Source: Acidobacteriota bacterium (GTDB lineage: Bacteria; Acidobacteriota; UBA890; WLXD01). From it: a stretch of 64,000 nt of DNA. Below, in pieces: positions 29,708 to 38,813 of this stretch (positions are counted from its first letter, which is position 1; each line of letters starts with the position of its first letter). The position numbers and the translations under genes were made by a program. Where the stretch lies: positions 1,792,001 to 1,856,000 of the forward strand of contig CAXWPH010000015.1 in assembly GCA_963666055.2 (NCBI GenBank), given 5' to 3'. Below the pieces are notes generated by a model. The model was not told the origin of the DNA. It worked only from the letters and a program-made list of their open reading frames with translations, and ran no database searches.

Positions 29708-29757
29708 CTAGCAGGCCGTGGTGAAAATGTGGTGGGTCTGGCGACAAGGTCTTGCGA
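29708..29757 (+). repeat. Isolated left end of the 9.2-kb MITE
   Basis: 50 bp matching 9242-9291 with 2 mismatches, starting at CTAG; no right end nearby. Confidence 0.85.
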
Positions 29758-29782
29758 CGTCGATACCAACAGGAGCGAAACG

Positions 29783-30967
29783 ATGCTACCGACACCCTTT
29801 CATTCGAGAACCGCGCCGCTGTGCGTCAGCAACAGCTGGGTCGAGTGGGCGGGCTACCAGTCGGCCGCCATGTACGAGCTCGAGCACACCCACGAGTACC
29901 ACGCCGTGCGCATGGCGACGGCGCTCTTCGACGTCTCGCCGCTGTACAAGTTCCATATTCACGGACCCGACGCCACGCGGTTGCTCGACAGGGTGCTGAC
30001 GCGCGACGTGACCCGATGCGCGGTCGGGCAGGTGATGTACGCGGCCTGGTGCGATGACGCCGGCCACATCATCGACGACGGCGCGCTGGCGCGACTGGAA
30101 GACAACCTCTACCGACTGACGACTGCCGACCCGAGCTTGGCGTGGCTACAAGACAACGGCTACGGCATGGATGTCCAGGTGGAAGACGTGTCCGAGTCGC
30201 TCGCGGCGCTGGCGCTGCAAGGGCCGACGTCACGCGACCTCCTGCAGGCTGCCGCGAGCACGGACCTATCGAAGCTCGGGTACTTCCGCGCCACCCAGAC
30301 CGGCATCGGCAACGCCCGGGTGACCGTGACCCGCACCGGCTACACCGGCGACCTCGGCTACGAGGTCTGGATCGACCCCGACGATGCCGAACACGTGTGG
30401 GACGTGTTGATGGATCGGGGCCGCAGCTATGCGATCAAGCCGGCCGGCACGCTGGCGCTCGAGATGGTGCGCGTCGAGGCCGGTTTGCTGCTGTCTGAGG
30501 TCGACTTCATCTCCTGCCGCAAGACGATGTTCGACGTCCAGAAGTCGACCCCGCTGGAGCTCGGCCTGGGTTGGATGGTGCACCTCGACAAGCCGTTCTT
30601 CGTCGGCCAGCAGGCGCTCAGGGAGGAGAGGGCCCGGGGGCCGGCGTGGAAGACGGTCGGGGTGGAAATCGACGTCCTCGCACTGGAGGCGATCTACGCC
30701 GAGTTCGGCATGCCGCTGCAGCTTCCCTGGGAGGCGTGGAGCACGGCCGTGCCGGTGTACGTCGGCGGCCGGCAGGTGGGCAAGGCTACCAGCGGCACCT
30801 GGTCGCCGACCCTCAAGAAGTACATCGCGCTCGCCCGCGTCAAGCCCCAGCACACCGCGCTGGGCGGCACGCTCGACATCGAGATGACGGTCGAGGCGAT
30901 ACGTAGCACGGTTCCCGCGAGGGTCGTCAAGACACCGTTCTTCGATCCCGCGAGGAAGAAGTCGTGA
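29783..30967 (+). CDS. Aminomethyltransferase (GcvT/DmdA-like THF-binding) family protein
   Basis: PTPFH, FDVSPLYK, ALQGP, RTGYTGDLGYE, RVEAG, PFFDPARK; AGGAG RBS. Confidence 0.9.
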   Translation: MLPTPFHSRTAPLCVSNSWVEWAGYQSAAMYELEHTHEYHAVRMATALFDVSPLYKFHIHGPDATRLLDRVLTRDVTRCAVGQVMYAAWCDDAGHIIDDGALARLEDNLYRLTTADPSLAWLQDNGYGMDVQVEDVSESLAALALQGPTSRDLLQAAASTDLSKLGYFRATQTGIGNARVTVTRTGYTGDLGYEVWIDPDDAEHVWDVLMDRGRSYAIKPAGTLALEMVRVEAGLLLSEVDFISCRKTMFDVQKSTPLELGLGWMVHLDKPFFVGQQALREERARGPAWKTVGVEIDVLALEAIYAEFGMPLQLPWEAWSTAVPVYVGGRQVGKATSGTWSPTLKKYIALARVKPQHTALGGTLDIEMTVEAIRSTVPARVVKTPFFDPARKKS

Positions 30968-32574
30968 GCGCTACCAGTAGCGCCATTGGGATCACCACCA
31001 AGTACGACGCCATCGTCGTCGGGGGCGGCCACAACGGATTGACGACCGCCGCCTACCTCGCCAAGGCGGGGCGCAAGGTGCTGGTGCTCGAGCGCCGGCA
31101 CATCCTGGGCGGTGCGGCGGTCAGCGAGGAGGTCTACCCGGGGTTCACGTACACAGTCTGCTCGTACGTCGTCAGCCTGCTGCGCCCCGAGGTCATTCGC
31201 GAGCTCGAGCTCGCCAAGCACGGGCTCCAGATCGTGCCGTTGACCGGCGCTTTCACACCGATGGAGGACGGCAACTACATCGCCTTCTGGCCCGACGCCG
31301 CCAGCACCCGCGACGAGATCAAGCGCCATTCGGTGCGCGACGCCGACCGCTACGAGGAATTCCACCAGCTCATGTTCGAAATGGCCTACGCGGTCAAGCC
31401 GATCCTCGGCATGGTGCCACCCGACCTGGTGTCGCCGAGCCTGCGCGACCTCGGCACCCTGCGCGAGCTATCACGCCACATGAAGGGGCTCGGCAGGCGC
31501 AAGTTTCACTACCTCCACAAGATCATGACGATGAGCGCCGCCGACTTCCTCGCTGAGTTCTTCGAGACCGATGTGATGAAGTCGGCAATGTCGATCAGCG
31601 GCATCATCGGCACCATGCTCGGCCCCTGCTCGCCGGGCACCGCGTACGTGCTGCTACACCACTACATGGGCGAGCTCGACGGTGCCTTCACCGCCTGGGG
31701 CTCGCAGAAGGGCGGCACCGGCGGTGTCAGCGAGGCGCTGGCCAGCGCCGCCCGCAGCCACGGGGCGGAAACCCGCTGCAACGCCGCGGTCGAGCAGGTA
31801 ATCGTCAAGAACGGACGAGCGGTTGGCGTGGCGCTGGAGAGCGGCGAGGAGATTTTCAGCAAGGTCGTGGTGTCGGGATGCGACCCGAAGGTCACGTTCC
31901 TGAAGCTGCTCGATCACAAGGATCTGCCCGGCGAGCTGGTCGAGTCGATCAAGAAGTTCAAGTTCCGCGGCTCCTCCGGAAAGGTCAATCTGGCGCTCGA
32001 CGGGCTTCCGGACTTCACCGCCGCACCGGACCCGACCTACCTGCACGGCATCGGCATGGTCGAGATCGCGCCGAGCCTCGCCTACATGGAGCGGGCGTAC
32101 GACGAGGCCAAGTACGGTGGCTTTTCTAGCCGGCCGTACATGGACGTCGTGGTTCCCACCGTCGTCGACCCGTCGATGGCCCCACCGGGCAAGCACGTCA
32201 TGTCGATCTTCGTGCAGTACGCCAACTACGAGCTCGCGGACAGCACCTGGGAGGACGAGCGCGAGAACTTCGGCGACGCGGTCGTCGACACACTCGCCGA
32301 GTTCGCACCCAATCTCAAGGACCTGATCCTGCACCGTCAGGTGCTCTCACCCTGGGATATCGAGAAAGAGTTCGCCCTTACTACCGGCAACATCTTCCAA
32401 GGTGAGCTCACCCTCGATCAGCTGTTCTTCCTGCGACCTGCGGCCGGCTGGGCGCAGCACCGAACACCGATCCGCAACTACTACCAGTGCGGATCGGGTA
32501 CGCATCCGGGAGGCGGCATCACCGGCGGCCCCGGCCGCCTCGCCGCTCTGGAAATCCTCCGGAGGACAAGTTGA
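30964..32574 (+). CDS. Phytoene desaturase/PYROXD2-like FAD oxidoreductase A
   Basis: VVGGGHNGL, LERR..GGAA, GTAYVLLHH, GNIFQGEL, CGSGTHPGGG; GTGA coupling to upstream gene. Confidence 0.88.
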   Translation: MSATSSAIGITTKYDAIVVGGGHNGLTTAAYLAKAGRKVLVLERRHILGGAAVSEEVYPGFTYTVCSYVVSLLRPEVIRELELAKHGLQIVPLTGAFTPMEDGNYIAFWPDAASTRDEIKRHSVRDADRYEEFHQLMFEMAYAVKPILGMVPPDLVSPSLRDLGTLRELSRHMKGLGRRKFHYLHKIMTMSAADFLAEFFETDVMKSAMSISGIIGTMLGPCSPGTAYVLLHHYMGELDGAFTAWGSQKGGTGGVSEALASAARSHGAETRCNAAVEQVIVKNGRAVGVALESGEEIFSKVVVSGCDPKVTFLKLLDHKDLPGELVESIKKFKFRGSSGKVNLALDGLPDFTAAPDPTYLHGIGMVEIAPSLAYMERAYDEAKYGGFSSRPYMDVVVPTVVDPSMAPPGKHVMSIFVQYANYELADSTWEDERENFGDAVVDTLAEFAPNLKDLILHRQVLSPWDIEKEFALTTGNIFQGELTLDQLFFLRPAAGWAQHRTPIRNYYQCGSGTHPGGGITGGPGRLAALEILRRTS

Positions 32575-34160
32575 TGGCCAATCGATTCGACGTTGTCGTG
32601 ATCGGCGCCGGCCACAACGGCCTGGTCGCAGCAGCCTATCTGGCAAGGGCGGGACGGCGTGTTCTGGTGCTCGAGCAACGTGACGCGGTCGGCGGGATCG
32701 CGGTCACCGAGGAGCTCATTCCCGGCTACCGATTCTCCACCTGCGCCGACGCCGTGTCGTCGTACCTGGCGCCCGAGATCACCCGGGAACTCGGTCTGTC
32801 GGGATGCGGCCTCGAGACCATCGAGACCGATCCGGTGCTGCTGTCGCCCCAACCGGACGGTAGCTGCCTGCGGATCTGGCGCGACACTTCGCGCACCGCC
32901 TCCGAGATCGAGCGTTACAGCACCGCCGATGCGGCGCGGTATCCGCAGTTCGTCGATCTCATGCAGCGGCTCACGGGCATGCTTCGCGGCCTGCTGGAAG
33001 TAACCCCTCCCGACATCCCGGAGGTGACGGGGCTCGATCTGATCGGCATGCGCGGCCTGCTCGGGCCGCTGCGCAAGATGGGCCGCAAGAACATCCCGGA
33101 GCTCGCCCGGGTACTGCCGATGCCAGCTGCCGACCTCCTCAACGAGTGGTTCGAGTCGGGGGTGGTGAAAGGCGCCATCGCCGCCAGCGGCGTGCGGGCG
33201 ATGACCTGGGGCCCGCGGGAGGCGGGCACCGCCTATCTGCTGCTGCACCGCTGGGCGTGCAGCGACACCGGATTGTTCCGGTGCGGATCGCTGTTGCGCG
33301 GCGGCGCCGGCAAGCTGACCGAGGCGCTCGCCGAGGCAGCGCGCGGCGCTGGCGTCGAGATACGAACGGGCGCGTCCGTCGCCGCCATCGACCAGGTTGC
33401 CGGAGCGGCCACCGGAGTCACACTGCAGAGCGGCGCGTCGATTCCCGCCGGCACTGTGGTGTCGGGCGCCTCGCCGCGCACGACGTTCCTCGAGCTGCTC
33501 GACCCGACGCGCCTGTCGGCCGCGACCGTGCAACACGTGCGCAACATCAAGTACCGGGGATCCAGCGCCCGGGTGCACCTGGCACTGAGCGCACTGCCGC
33601 GATTCACCGGCATCGCCGAGAGCGAGCTGGGCGCCAGCGGACACGTTCAGATTGCCCCGACGATGGACTATCTGCAGCGTGCCTACGATCACGTCAAGTA
33701 CGGCGAGATGTCGGAGCGACCGTATCTGGACGTCTCCGTACCGTCGGTGGCCGATGACACCCTGGCACCCCCCGGCCACCACACCATGTCGATCGCCGTT
33801 CAGTATGCGCCGTATCACATCGAGGGGGGCTGGAACGAAGACCACCGAGCCAGGCTGCTGGACACGGTCCTGGCGACGCTGGGCGAGTACGCGCCGGGAG
33901 CCGGCGACACGGTCGTCGACTCGCACGTGCTGACGCCGACCGACCTGGAAGCGCGCTTCGATCTACCGGAGGGCAACTTGCACCATGGTGAGATGACCCT
34001 CGATCAGCTGCTGTTCATGCGCCCGATCCCGGGCTCCGCACGGTATCGGGCGCCGGTCGAAAACGTCTATCTGTGTGGCTCAGGATGCCACCCGGGGGGC
34101 GTGTTGACCGGATTGCCGGGACGTAACGCGGCGCGACAAATCCTGTCAGGACGCCCGTGA
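32574..34160 (+). CDS. Phytoene desaturase/PYROXD2-like FAD oxidoreductase B
   Basis: VIGAGHNGL, GNLHHGEM, CGSGCHPGG; TGATG coupling at 32572-32576. Confidence 0.88.
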   Translation: MANRFDVVVIGAGHNGLVAAAYLARAGRRVLVLEQRDAVGGIAVTEELIPGYRFSTCADAVSSYLAPEITRELGLSGCGLETIETDPVLLSPQPDGSCLRIWRDTSRTASEIERYSTADAARYPQFVDLMQRLTGMLRGLLEVTPPDIPEVTGLDLIGMRGLLGPLRKMGRKNIPELARVLPMPAADLLNEWFESGVVKGAIAASGVRAMTWGPREAGTAYLLLHRWACSDTGLFRCGSLLRGGAGKLTEALAEAARGAGVEIRTGASVAAIDQVAGAATGVTLQSGASIPAGTVVSGASPRTTFLELLDPTRLSAATVQHVRNIKYRGSSARVHLALSALPRFTGIAESELGASGHVQIAPTMDYLQRAYDHVKYGEMSERPYLDVSVPSVADDTLAPPGHHTMSIAVQYAPYHIEGGWNEDHRARLLDTVLATLGEYAPGAGDTVVDSHVLTPTDLEARFDLPEGNLHHGEMTLDQLLFMRPIPGSARYRAPVENVYLCGSGCHPGGVLTGLPGRNAARQILSGRP

Positions 34161-34217
34161 GGCGGCGGCCCGGCGGAGCAGCATTCCCGAGCGCTGACTG
34201 GTTGCAGCGATGATTGA

Positions 34218-35378
34218 ATGTACAGACTGAGCGAACCAGACCGCGAGATCCAGACACGGGCGCGAGCCTTCGTGCGGGAGCACCTGATTCCGCACGAGGA
34301 GTATGCCGAGGCGCACGAGGGCGAGCTGCCTCCAGGAATGCAGGAGACGCTGCATGCGCGTGTCCTGGAGCTCGGCCTCGGGGCGATCAGCATGCCCGAG
34401 AGCCTCGGCGGCCCCGGCTTCACCCACCTACAGCAGACGCTGATCTCCGAACAGATCGGGGCGGTAACCAACGGTCTGGGCTGGGTCGTCTGGACGCCGC
34501 CCAACTGGATCGTCGACATCGCCACCCGGCATCAACTCGACACCTGGATCGTTCCGACGGTCGAGGGCAGGCGGAGCGAATGCTACGCGATCACCGAGGA
34601 GGGCGCCGGATCCGATGTCGACGCTATCGAGGCCACGGCGGTGCGGGACGGCGACGACTACGTGCTCAACGGCGTCAAGTGGCATGTCACGTCGTACAAC
34701 CACGCCGACTATCTGTTCTTCCAGGCGAAACTGCCGGAAGGTAACCACGCGTTGTTCTTCGTCGACATCGGCACCCCGGGCATCAACGTCGACCGTACGC
34801 CGGCCTACACTCACACCTACTCGCACCATCACCCGATCATCAGCTTCGCCGACGTTCGCGTGCCGGCGACAAATCTTGTCGGCGATGAAGGTGGCGGCAT
34901 GCGGTATGCCCATGCCTGGTTCCGCTACGAGCGCCTGATGATCGCCGCCCGCTGCTGCTGCGGCGCCGCCGAGCGATTGATCGATGAAGCCACGGCCTTT
35001 GCGAAGAAGCGCATCGCCTACGGCCACCCGATCTCCGAGTACCAGGCGATTCAGTTCATGCTCGCCGACTCGATCACCGAGCTGTGGGCAGCACGCCTGA
35101 TGACCTATGAGACGGCGCGCGCGATCGATGCCGGCGCCGACGTCAAGCTGCAACACTCGCAGTGCTCGATGGCCAAGCTGTATGCCTCCGAGATGGCCAA
35201 CCGAGTGGCCGATCGGGCCGTGCAAATCTTCGGCGGGCGCGGCTACATGCGCGAAAACGTCGCCGAGCGCTTTTTCCGCGAGCTGCGGGTGGATCGTATC
35301 TGGGAGGGCACGTCGGAGATCCAGCGGCTGATCATCGCGGCACAGTTGCTCAAGCGTGGCAGCGGCCTCATCGGCTAG
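34218..35378 (+). CDS. Acyl-CoA dehydrogenase
   Basis: ITEEGAGSD, LNGVKW, FGGRGY, IWEGTSEIQR. Confidence 0.92.
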   Translation: MYRLSEPDREIQTRARAFVREHLIPHEEYAEAHEGELPPGMQETLHARVLELGLGAISMPESLGGPGFTHLQQTLISEQIGAVTNGLGWVVWTPPNWIVDIATRHQLDTWIVPTVEGRRSECYAITEEGAGSDVDAIEATAVRDGDDYVLNGVKWHVTSYNHADYLFFQAKLPEGNHALFFVDIGTPGINVDRTPAYTHTYSHHHPIISFADVRVPATNLVGDEGGGMRYAHAWFRYERLMIAARCCCGAAERLIDEATAFAKKRIAYGHPISEYQAIQFMLADSITELWAARLMTYETARAIDAGADVKLQHSQCSMAKLYASEMANRVADRAVQIFGGRGYMRENVAERFFRELRVDRIWEGTSEIQRLIIAAQLLKRGSGLIG

Positions 35379-35636
35379 TTGTGCAGCGGGCTGAAGCCAA
35401 TCTGCCCGGTCCCGAGGCCCCTCCGACCGCTGAGAGCAGGAAGATACGAATCCAACTAGTTGGAGCGGGCATCCAACCATTTGAAGAGAAAGTTGCTGCG
35501 CGCCTTGAATTCCGGCCTCTGACGCCAAATTTCCCCAAGGACAGGGCCGCGACAACCCGGATTTCGGCCAGATGCAACTGACTCGGACACCCGCGGCCCG
35601 CCGGTGCACCGAAGCTTGGAGAAATCTGCGCAAAAC

Positions 35637-35653
35637 CGGAACGGAGATTGCAT
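35637..35653 (+). promoter_or_regulatory. Putative sigma54 (-24/-12) promoter
   Basis: CGGAACGGAGATTGCAT: GG (35638-35639), 10 nt, GC (35650-35651), about 50 nt upstream of the receptor start. Confidence 0.6.
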
Positions 35654-35701
35654 AAAACTGCTTTGTCTTTGTCCCCAACCCCCCAACAGGGAGGAAACAC
35701 G

Positions 35702-38641
35702 ATGACAGTCCGGCATTTCGGCAGACTCGTAAGCGTCGCCGTGGCAGCGACGTTTATGCTCATCGCTCCCCTCGTTACCACTCAAGCTTTCGCGCAGGGC
35801 GCGATGGCCACGGGTGATATCGAGGGAACCGTCCAAGATCCCGACGGTGCCGGCTTGCCGGGAGCAACGGTCACGATCGAGGGTCAGAACTTGATCCAGG
35901 CCTCGTTGACCAAGGTTACCGGCACCAACGGTGGCTATGTGTTCCGCGCGCTGCGACCGGGCAGCTACACCGTCACGGTGATGATGCCTGGCTTCGGTGG
36001 GCAGATATTCACCGCCTCGGTCCAGACGGGCATCACCGCATCCGTCGACTTCAGCCTCGAACTCGAGGGTGTGTCGGAAACTGTCACCGTCAGCGGTGAG
36101 ACACCGTTGATCGATGTGACCGCGTCCTCGATCAACGCCAACTACGGCGAGGAGCTCATCCAGAACATTCCGATCGCGCGTGAGTTTGTCGCGGTTGGCG
36201 ATCTGACGGCCGGGTTCACCGACCGGGGCGCGTACGGCGCTGGCGCCAACGTCGAGTCTGATGGTACCGGCCGGTATCGTCGTGGCTCGTCGGCCAACGC
36301 CTACAAGCTCAACGGCGTCGACGTGACCGAGCCCGACTGGGGCGCCACGTGGATCAACCCGAGCATCGACACCGTCGCCGAGATTCAGGTGGTCGGTATT
36401 GGTGCATCGGCTGAGTACGGCAACTTCACCGGGGCCACGATCAACATCGTGACCAAGGGTGGCACCAACGAGTTCGCTGGCTCGGCCAACTGGTACTACA
36501 CCGGCGGCGGGCTCCGGGGCGACAACTCCGGTGGCTTCCTCGACTGGAAGCGTGGCGACTTCGAGTTCGACCACGATTTCTCGGCCACGTTCGGCGGACC
36601 CATCATCCGCAACAAGCTGATGGGCTTCGGTAACTACGGCCTGCAGCGCCACAAGGAAGCTGTTTTCGGTTCCGACATCTTCGAGAACACGAAGCGTCAG
36701 CGGTTCCATGGCCGGTTGGACTTCCTCGCCAACGACAAGAACACGTTCGGCATCATGCTCAGCTCGGATCCGGGCACCGACGAGAACCTCGGCCGCAGCG
36801 CTGGTGAAAGCGACGCGATCGGCTACGGGTTCACCTTCGGTTCGCAGACCTGGCTTGCCACCTGGCAGTCGGAGCTCGGCGACGACACGTTCCTGGACTT
36901 CCGCTATGGCGGCTATCTTGGCGACAACTTCCGCTTCGCCAACTCGTGCAATTCGCAGAATGACCGCATCAAGCCGCCTGGATGTAGCCTGCCGGTCATC
37001 AATGCCTGGCAGACCGGTGTTACCTACTCATCCAGCGCCTACAACTGGGATGAGACCAACGGTCGTCACGAGATCAACACCAGCGTGACGCAGTATGTCG
37101 ACGACTTCCTGGGCGGCTCCCACACCCTCAAGATCGGTGCGGAGTACGAAAACACGTGGTCGCTGTTCCTCAGCGATTACGGCCCGGCATGGATCTCGCT
37201 CGGTGACTACTATGGCTATACGTACGCGTATGGCTATACGTACGATGCCCATCTGGATGCCGGCGTGAAGCGCTATGCCGCCTTCGTGCAGGATGACATC
37301 ACGTTCAGCGACAACATCACGGCGAACGTGGGCTTCCGCTTCGACAACCCGCAGATCCACGACAATTGCTGCACGCGCACCGACGCACGGCGTCCGCGCG
37401 CCGGCAATCCCATTGGCACTCCTGCCGGAGACCCCAACTTCAATGGTGGACAGCTCACCAGCTACCAGAACTATGCCCCCCGTATCGGCCTGAACTGGGA
37501 CGTAACGGGTGAAGGTAAGTGGGTTGCCCACGTCGGTTGGGGACGCTACTTCGAGAAGGCGTTGACCTACGGTCCGATCGCGCAGGGCGGCAACGCCTTC
37601 GAGGCGGCGGACGACTACTTCACCTTGTTGCCAGCGGTCGACTACGACACCCTCGACGGTCTCTCTCCGGAGCAGGCCGATGCGCTCGTAGCTTCGATCA
37701 TCAACGCGGATTCGTTCGTTAACCGCTGGGTCAGCGAGCCTCGCGACATCCCCAACAGCTTGAGGATGCCGCGCACCGACGCCTTCAACGTCGGGCTGGA
37801 GGTCGCAGTCGGCCGTGACTACGCGCTGACCGCGGACTACATCTACAAGAGAGACAAGGACTTCCTGATCCAGACTGACATCAACTCACACACGTACGAC
37901 CCCGTGGAGTACACCAACCCTGTGATCGGTACGACGCAGACGGTGTATGTGAGGACGGATGACAATCCGGAAGACCTGTTCATGAACAACGATGATTACT
38001 ATCAACGTAAGCATCACTTGGCCATCTTGTCCTTCCGCAAGCGCCCGAGCGCCGGGTTCAACTTCGATGCGTCGGTTACCTATCAGCGCACGACGGGGAA
38101 CATCGGCAACACGGTGCAGACGAACTGGGGCTTCGCTGCCTTCGGTGAGGCCCAGAAGCCCATGTTCAACGGCCATCCGTTCACGGTCGGTCCGCTGAAC
38201 TTCGACCGCACCTGGCAGTACAAGCTGCTGACGAACTACCGCATGCCGGGCGGGATCCTCGCCAGCACCTACATACAGTCCCTGTCGGGACGTCCGTGGC
38301 AACCGAACCTCCGGGTGCGGGCAACGGGCATCTCCTTCAACGACACGCGCATCCGCAGCATACGCTTGGAGCCGCGGGGTAACCGTCGCGCACCGAGGCA
38401 GTTCAACGTCGACCTGCGGCTGCAGAAGAGCTTCGATGTGGGCAACAACCGCATCGAGCTCATCGGCGACGTGTTCAACCTGACCAACCGCGCCAACCCG
38501 TGGCGCCGCGGTTACGGCAGCGGCGAGGTCGACACCTCGTACGAGTCGACGTACAACCTCGAGGGGGGATCCTCCTTCGGGAAGATACGTTGGCCGTCGA
38601 AGCCCCGCGAGCTCCGCCTAGGTGTGCGCTTCGTCTGGTAG
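35702..38641 (+). CDS. TonB-dependent receptor, Oar-like, with N-terminal carboxypeptidase-regulatory-like domain
   Basis: Signal peptide; GTVQDPDGAGLPGATV, AEYGNFTGATINIVTKGGTNEF, AFVQDD, NYAPRIG; C-terminal LGVRFVW; AGGAGG RBS. Confidence 0.93.
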   Translation: MTVRHFGRLVSVAVAATFMLIAPLVTTQAFAQGAMATGDIEGTVQDPDGAGLPGATVTIEGQNLIQASLTKVTGTNGGYVFRALRPGSYTVTVMMPGFGGQIFTASVQTGITASVDFSLELEGVSETVTVSGETPLIDVTASSINANYGEELIQNIPIAREFVAVGDLTAGFTDRGAYGAGANVESDGTGRYRRGSSANAYKLNGVDVTEPDWGATWINPSIDTVAEIQVVGIGASAEYGNFTGATINIVTKGGTNEFAGSANWYYTGGGLRGDNSGGFLDWKRGDFEFDHDFSATFGGPIIRNKLMGFGNYGLQRHKEAVFGSDIFENTKRQRFHGRLDFLANDKNTFGIMLSSDPGTDENLGRSAGESDAIGYGFTFGSQTWLATWQSELGDDTFLDFRYGGYLGDNFRFANSCNSQNDRIKPPGCSLPVINAWQTGVTYSSSAYNWDETNGRHEINTSVTQYVDDFLGGSHTLKIGAEYENTWSLFLSDYGPAWISLGDYYGYTYAYGYTYDAHLDAGVKRYAAFVQDDITFSDNITANVGFRFDNPQIHDNCCTRTDARRPRAGNPIGTPAGDPNFNGGQLTSYQNYAPRIGLNWDVTGEGKWVAHVGWGRYFEKALTYGPIAQGGNAFEAADDYFTLLPAVDYDTLDGLSPEQADALVASIINADSFVNRWVSEPRDIPNSLRMPRTDAFNVGLEVAVGRDYALTADYIYKRDKDFLIQTDINSHTYDPVEYTNPVIGTTQTVYVRTDDNPEDLFMNNDDYYQRKHHLAILSFRKRPSAGFNFDASVTYQRTTGNIGNTVQTNWGFAAFGEAQKPMFNGHPFTVGPLNFDRTWQYKLLTNYRMPGGILASTYIQSLSGRPWQPNLRVRATGISFNDTRIRSIRLEPRGNRRAPRQFNVDLRLQKSFDVGNNRIELIGDVFNLTNRANPWRRGYGSGEVDTSYESTYNLEGGSSFGKIRWPSKPRELRLGVRFVW

Positions 38642-38684
38642 ACGAACACACGCCGCGGGCTGAACCCGCGTAGAAGTAGGAGAC

Positions 38685-38724
38685 AGGCCGGCTGTCCGAT
38701 CCGGGCAGCCGGCCTTCTCTTTTT
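38685..38724 (+). terminator. Rho-independent terminator
   Basis: AGGCCGGCTGTCCG-ATC-CGGGCAGCCGGCCT stem followed by TCTCTTTTT. Confidence 0.8.
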
Positions 38725-38813
38725 GATCTGAGGCTGGCTGCGCACACTGCTCGTGCACGCACTGTTTCCGTCGTCGAAGCGTTGTCTACCGAGCGCTCGG
38801 ACGCGGTGGCCGG

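Noticed and set aside
9242-29757. Composite transposon bounded by the two MITE-related repeats
   Set aside because: No transposase; the second copy is a lone left end facing away from the interval, with no matching flanking duplication beyond CTAG
30964-34160. Carotenoid biosynthesis (crtI) call
   Set aside because: No crtB/crtE nearby, and the genes are coupled to a GcvT-like gene in an amine-catabolism context
34952-34960. CCC tripeptide (TGC x3) in the acyl-CoA dehydrogenase
   Set aside because: In frame; could be a trivial repeat expansion or read error, with no supportable function
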